Positions 63,104 to 64,000 of a DNA stretch of 64,000 bases are shown here, piece after piece (positions within the stretch are counted from its first letter, which is position 1; every line of letters starts with the position of its first letter). The stretch is from assembly GCA_963787125.1 (NCBI GenBank), contig CAWBBV010000007.1:352001-416000 (forward strand), read 5' to 3'. Below the pieces are notes generated by a model. That model did no database searches. It was not told where the DNA came from and saw only the letters and a list, made by a program, of their open reading frames with translations. Both the position numbers and the translations under genes were made by a program. This DNA comes from an uncultured delta proteobacterium (lineage in GTDB: Bacteria; Desulfobacterota; Desulfuromonadia; Geobacterales; DSM-12255).

Positions 63104-64000
63104 ATGTCCATAGCAACAAAGAAAACCATAGCAGTCGCCATGAGCGGTGGTGTTGACTCCTCGGTTACGGCGGCGCTTCTAAAAGCTGCCGGGCATAATG
63201 TTTTCGGCATCACGATGCGTCTCTGGGAAGGGGCCAGCGCTGCCGTGGCTGATGCCGAACGGGTTGCTGCCCACCTCGGGATCGAGCATCACGTCGCTTC
63301 TTTCGAGGCCTGTTTTGACAGTCAAATAATGGGTTATTTTGCGGCTGAATATGTTTCCGGCAGGACACCGAACCCCTGCGCGCGCTGCAATCAGCTGATA
63401 AAGTTCGGGGCGCTCTTGGCCAGGGCGAAAGAGCTGGGGGCGGAACAGTTGGCCACCGGCCACTATGCCCGGATTGCGCTTGGAGATGATGGCGGCTTTC
63501 ATCTGCTCAAAGCGGTCAATATCCCCAAAGATCAGTCATATTTTCTCTTTTCCTTGCAACGACAGCAGCTTGAACAGATACTTTTCCCCCTTGGCGACAT
63601 GGTCGACAAGCGCGACGTGCGTCGACTGGCTGCCGAAATGGGGATCACGGTTGCCGAAAAGAGCGACAGCCAGGATATCTGTTTCATTCCTGATGGTGAC
63701 TATGCGGCGTTCCTGGCAAGACGCGGAGTTGAATCGCTGCCCGGTGATTTCATCCTGGGAGACGGGACGGTTGTCGGTCGTCACAAAGGGATTCACTGCT
63801 ATACAGTCGGCCAGCGTCGCGGCATGGGTATCGCCTGGAGCGAGCCGCTGTATGTCGTCAGGATCGACCCGGCCGCTAACAGCGTGGTCGTTGGCGTTGA
63901 GGCGGAGTTGTACCGGACATCGCTGACCATAAGCCGCTGCAATTGGCTGCAGCCGCAAGCAGTGGAGGCAGGGGAGCTGCAGTGCAAGCTGCGCTATCGT
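63104..64000 (+). CDS. mnmA: tRNA 2-thiouridine(34) synthase MnmA (partial, runs off window end)
   Basis: Hand translation: AMSGGVDS, TPNPC..CN..IKF, ATGHYA, KDQSYFL, DSQDICF, YTVGQRRG. Confidence 0.93.
   Translation, partial: MSIATKKTIAVAMSGGVDSSVTAALLKAAGHNVFGITMRLWEGASAAVADAERVAAHLGIEHHVASFEACFDSQIMGYFAAEYVSGRTPNPCARCNQLIKFGALLARAKELGAEQLATGHYARIALGDDGGFHLLKAVNIPKDQSYFLFSLQRQQLEQILFPLGDMVDKRDVRRLAAEMGITVAEKSDSQDICFIPDGDYAAFLARRGVESLPGDFILGDGTVVGRHKGIHCYTVGQRRGMGIAWSEPLYVVRIDPAANSVVVGVEAELYRTSLTISRCNWLQPQAVEAGELQCKLRYR

Overview
A 64 kb chromosomal segment of a deltaproteobacterium, most consistent with Geobacteraceae based on gene content and order (inferred from protein families, not a database match). 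The housekeeping backbone comprises queH-hda-ruvBAC-yebC, an IclR/DUF485/ActP acetate-uptake locus, galU-metF-metV-folD, yggU-divIVA-yggT, acpS-nnr-CBS-tsaE-lysC-cimA-comEA, hpt, tgt, frdCAB/sdhCAB, cysE and mnmA. Four accessory blocks interrupt it. (i) hicAB followed by a tightly coupled five-gene unit: exported MsrA, lipoprotein MsrB, a MerA-like (but not true MerA) flavin disulfide reductase, a DedA/TVP38 protein and an ArsS-like radical SAM enzyme. This is the best candidate for an undescribed system. (ii) rhuM, a DUF1016 remnant and a second hicAB. (iii) A ~21 kb signalling/transport block: nhaP remnant, TRAP dctPQM, an MFS transporter, a large PAS/GAF kinase, two sigma54 activators, and a reduced sigma54-driven chemosensory cluster lacking cheR/cheB. 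(iv) Two PIN-type toxin-antitoxin pairs around an IS1595-family remnant. cimA has a single-base frameshift. No rRNA, tRNA, CRISPR array, intact transposase or prophage was found.
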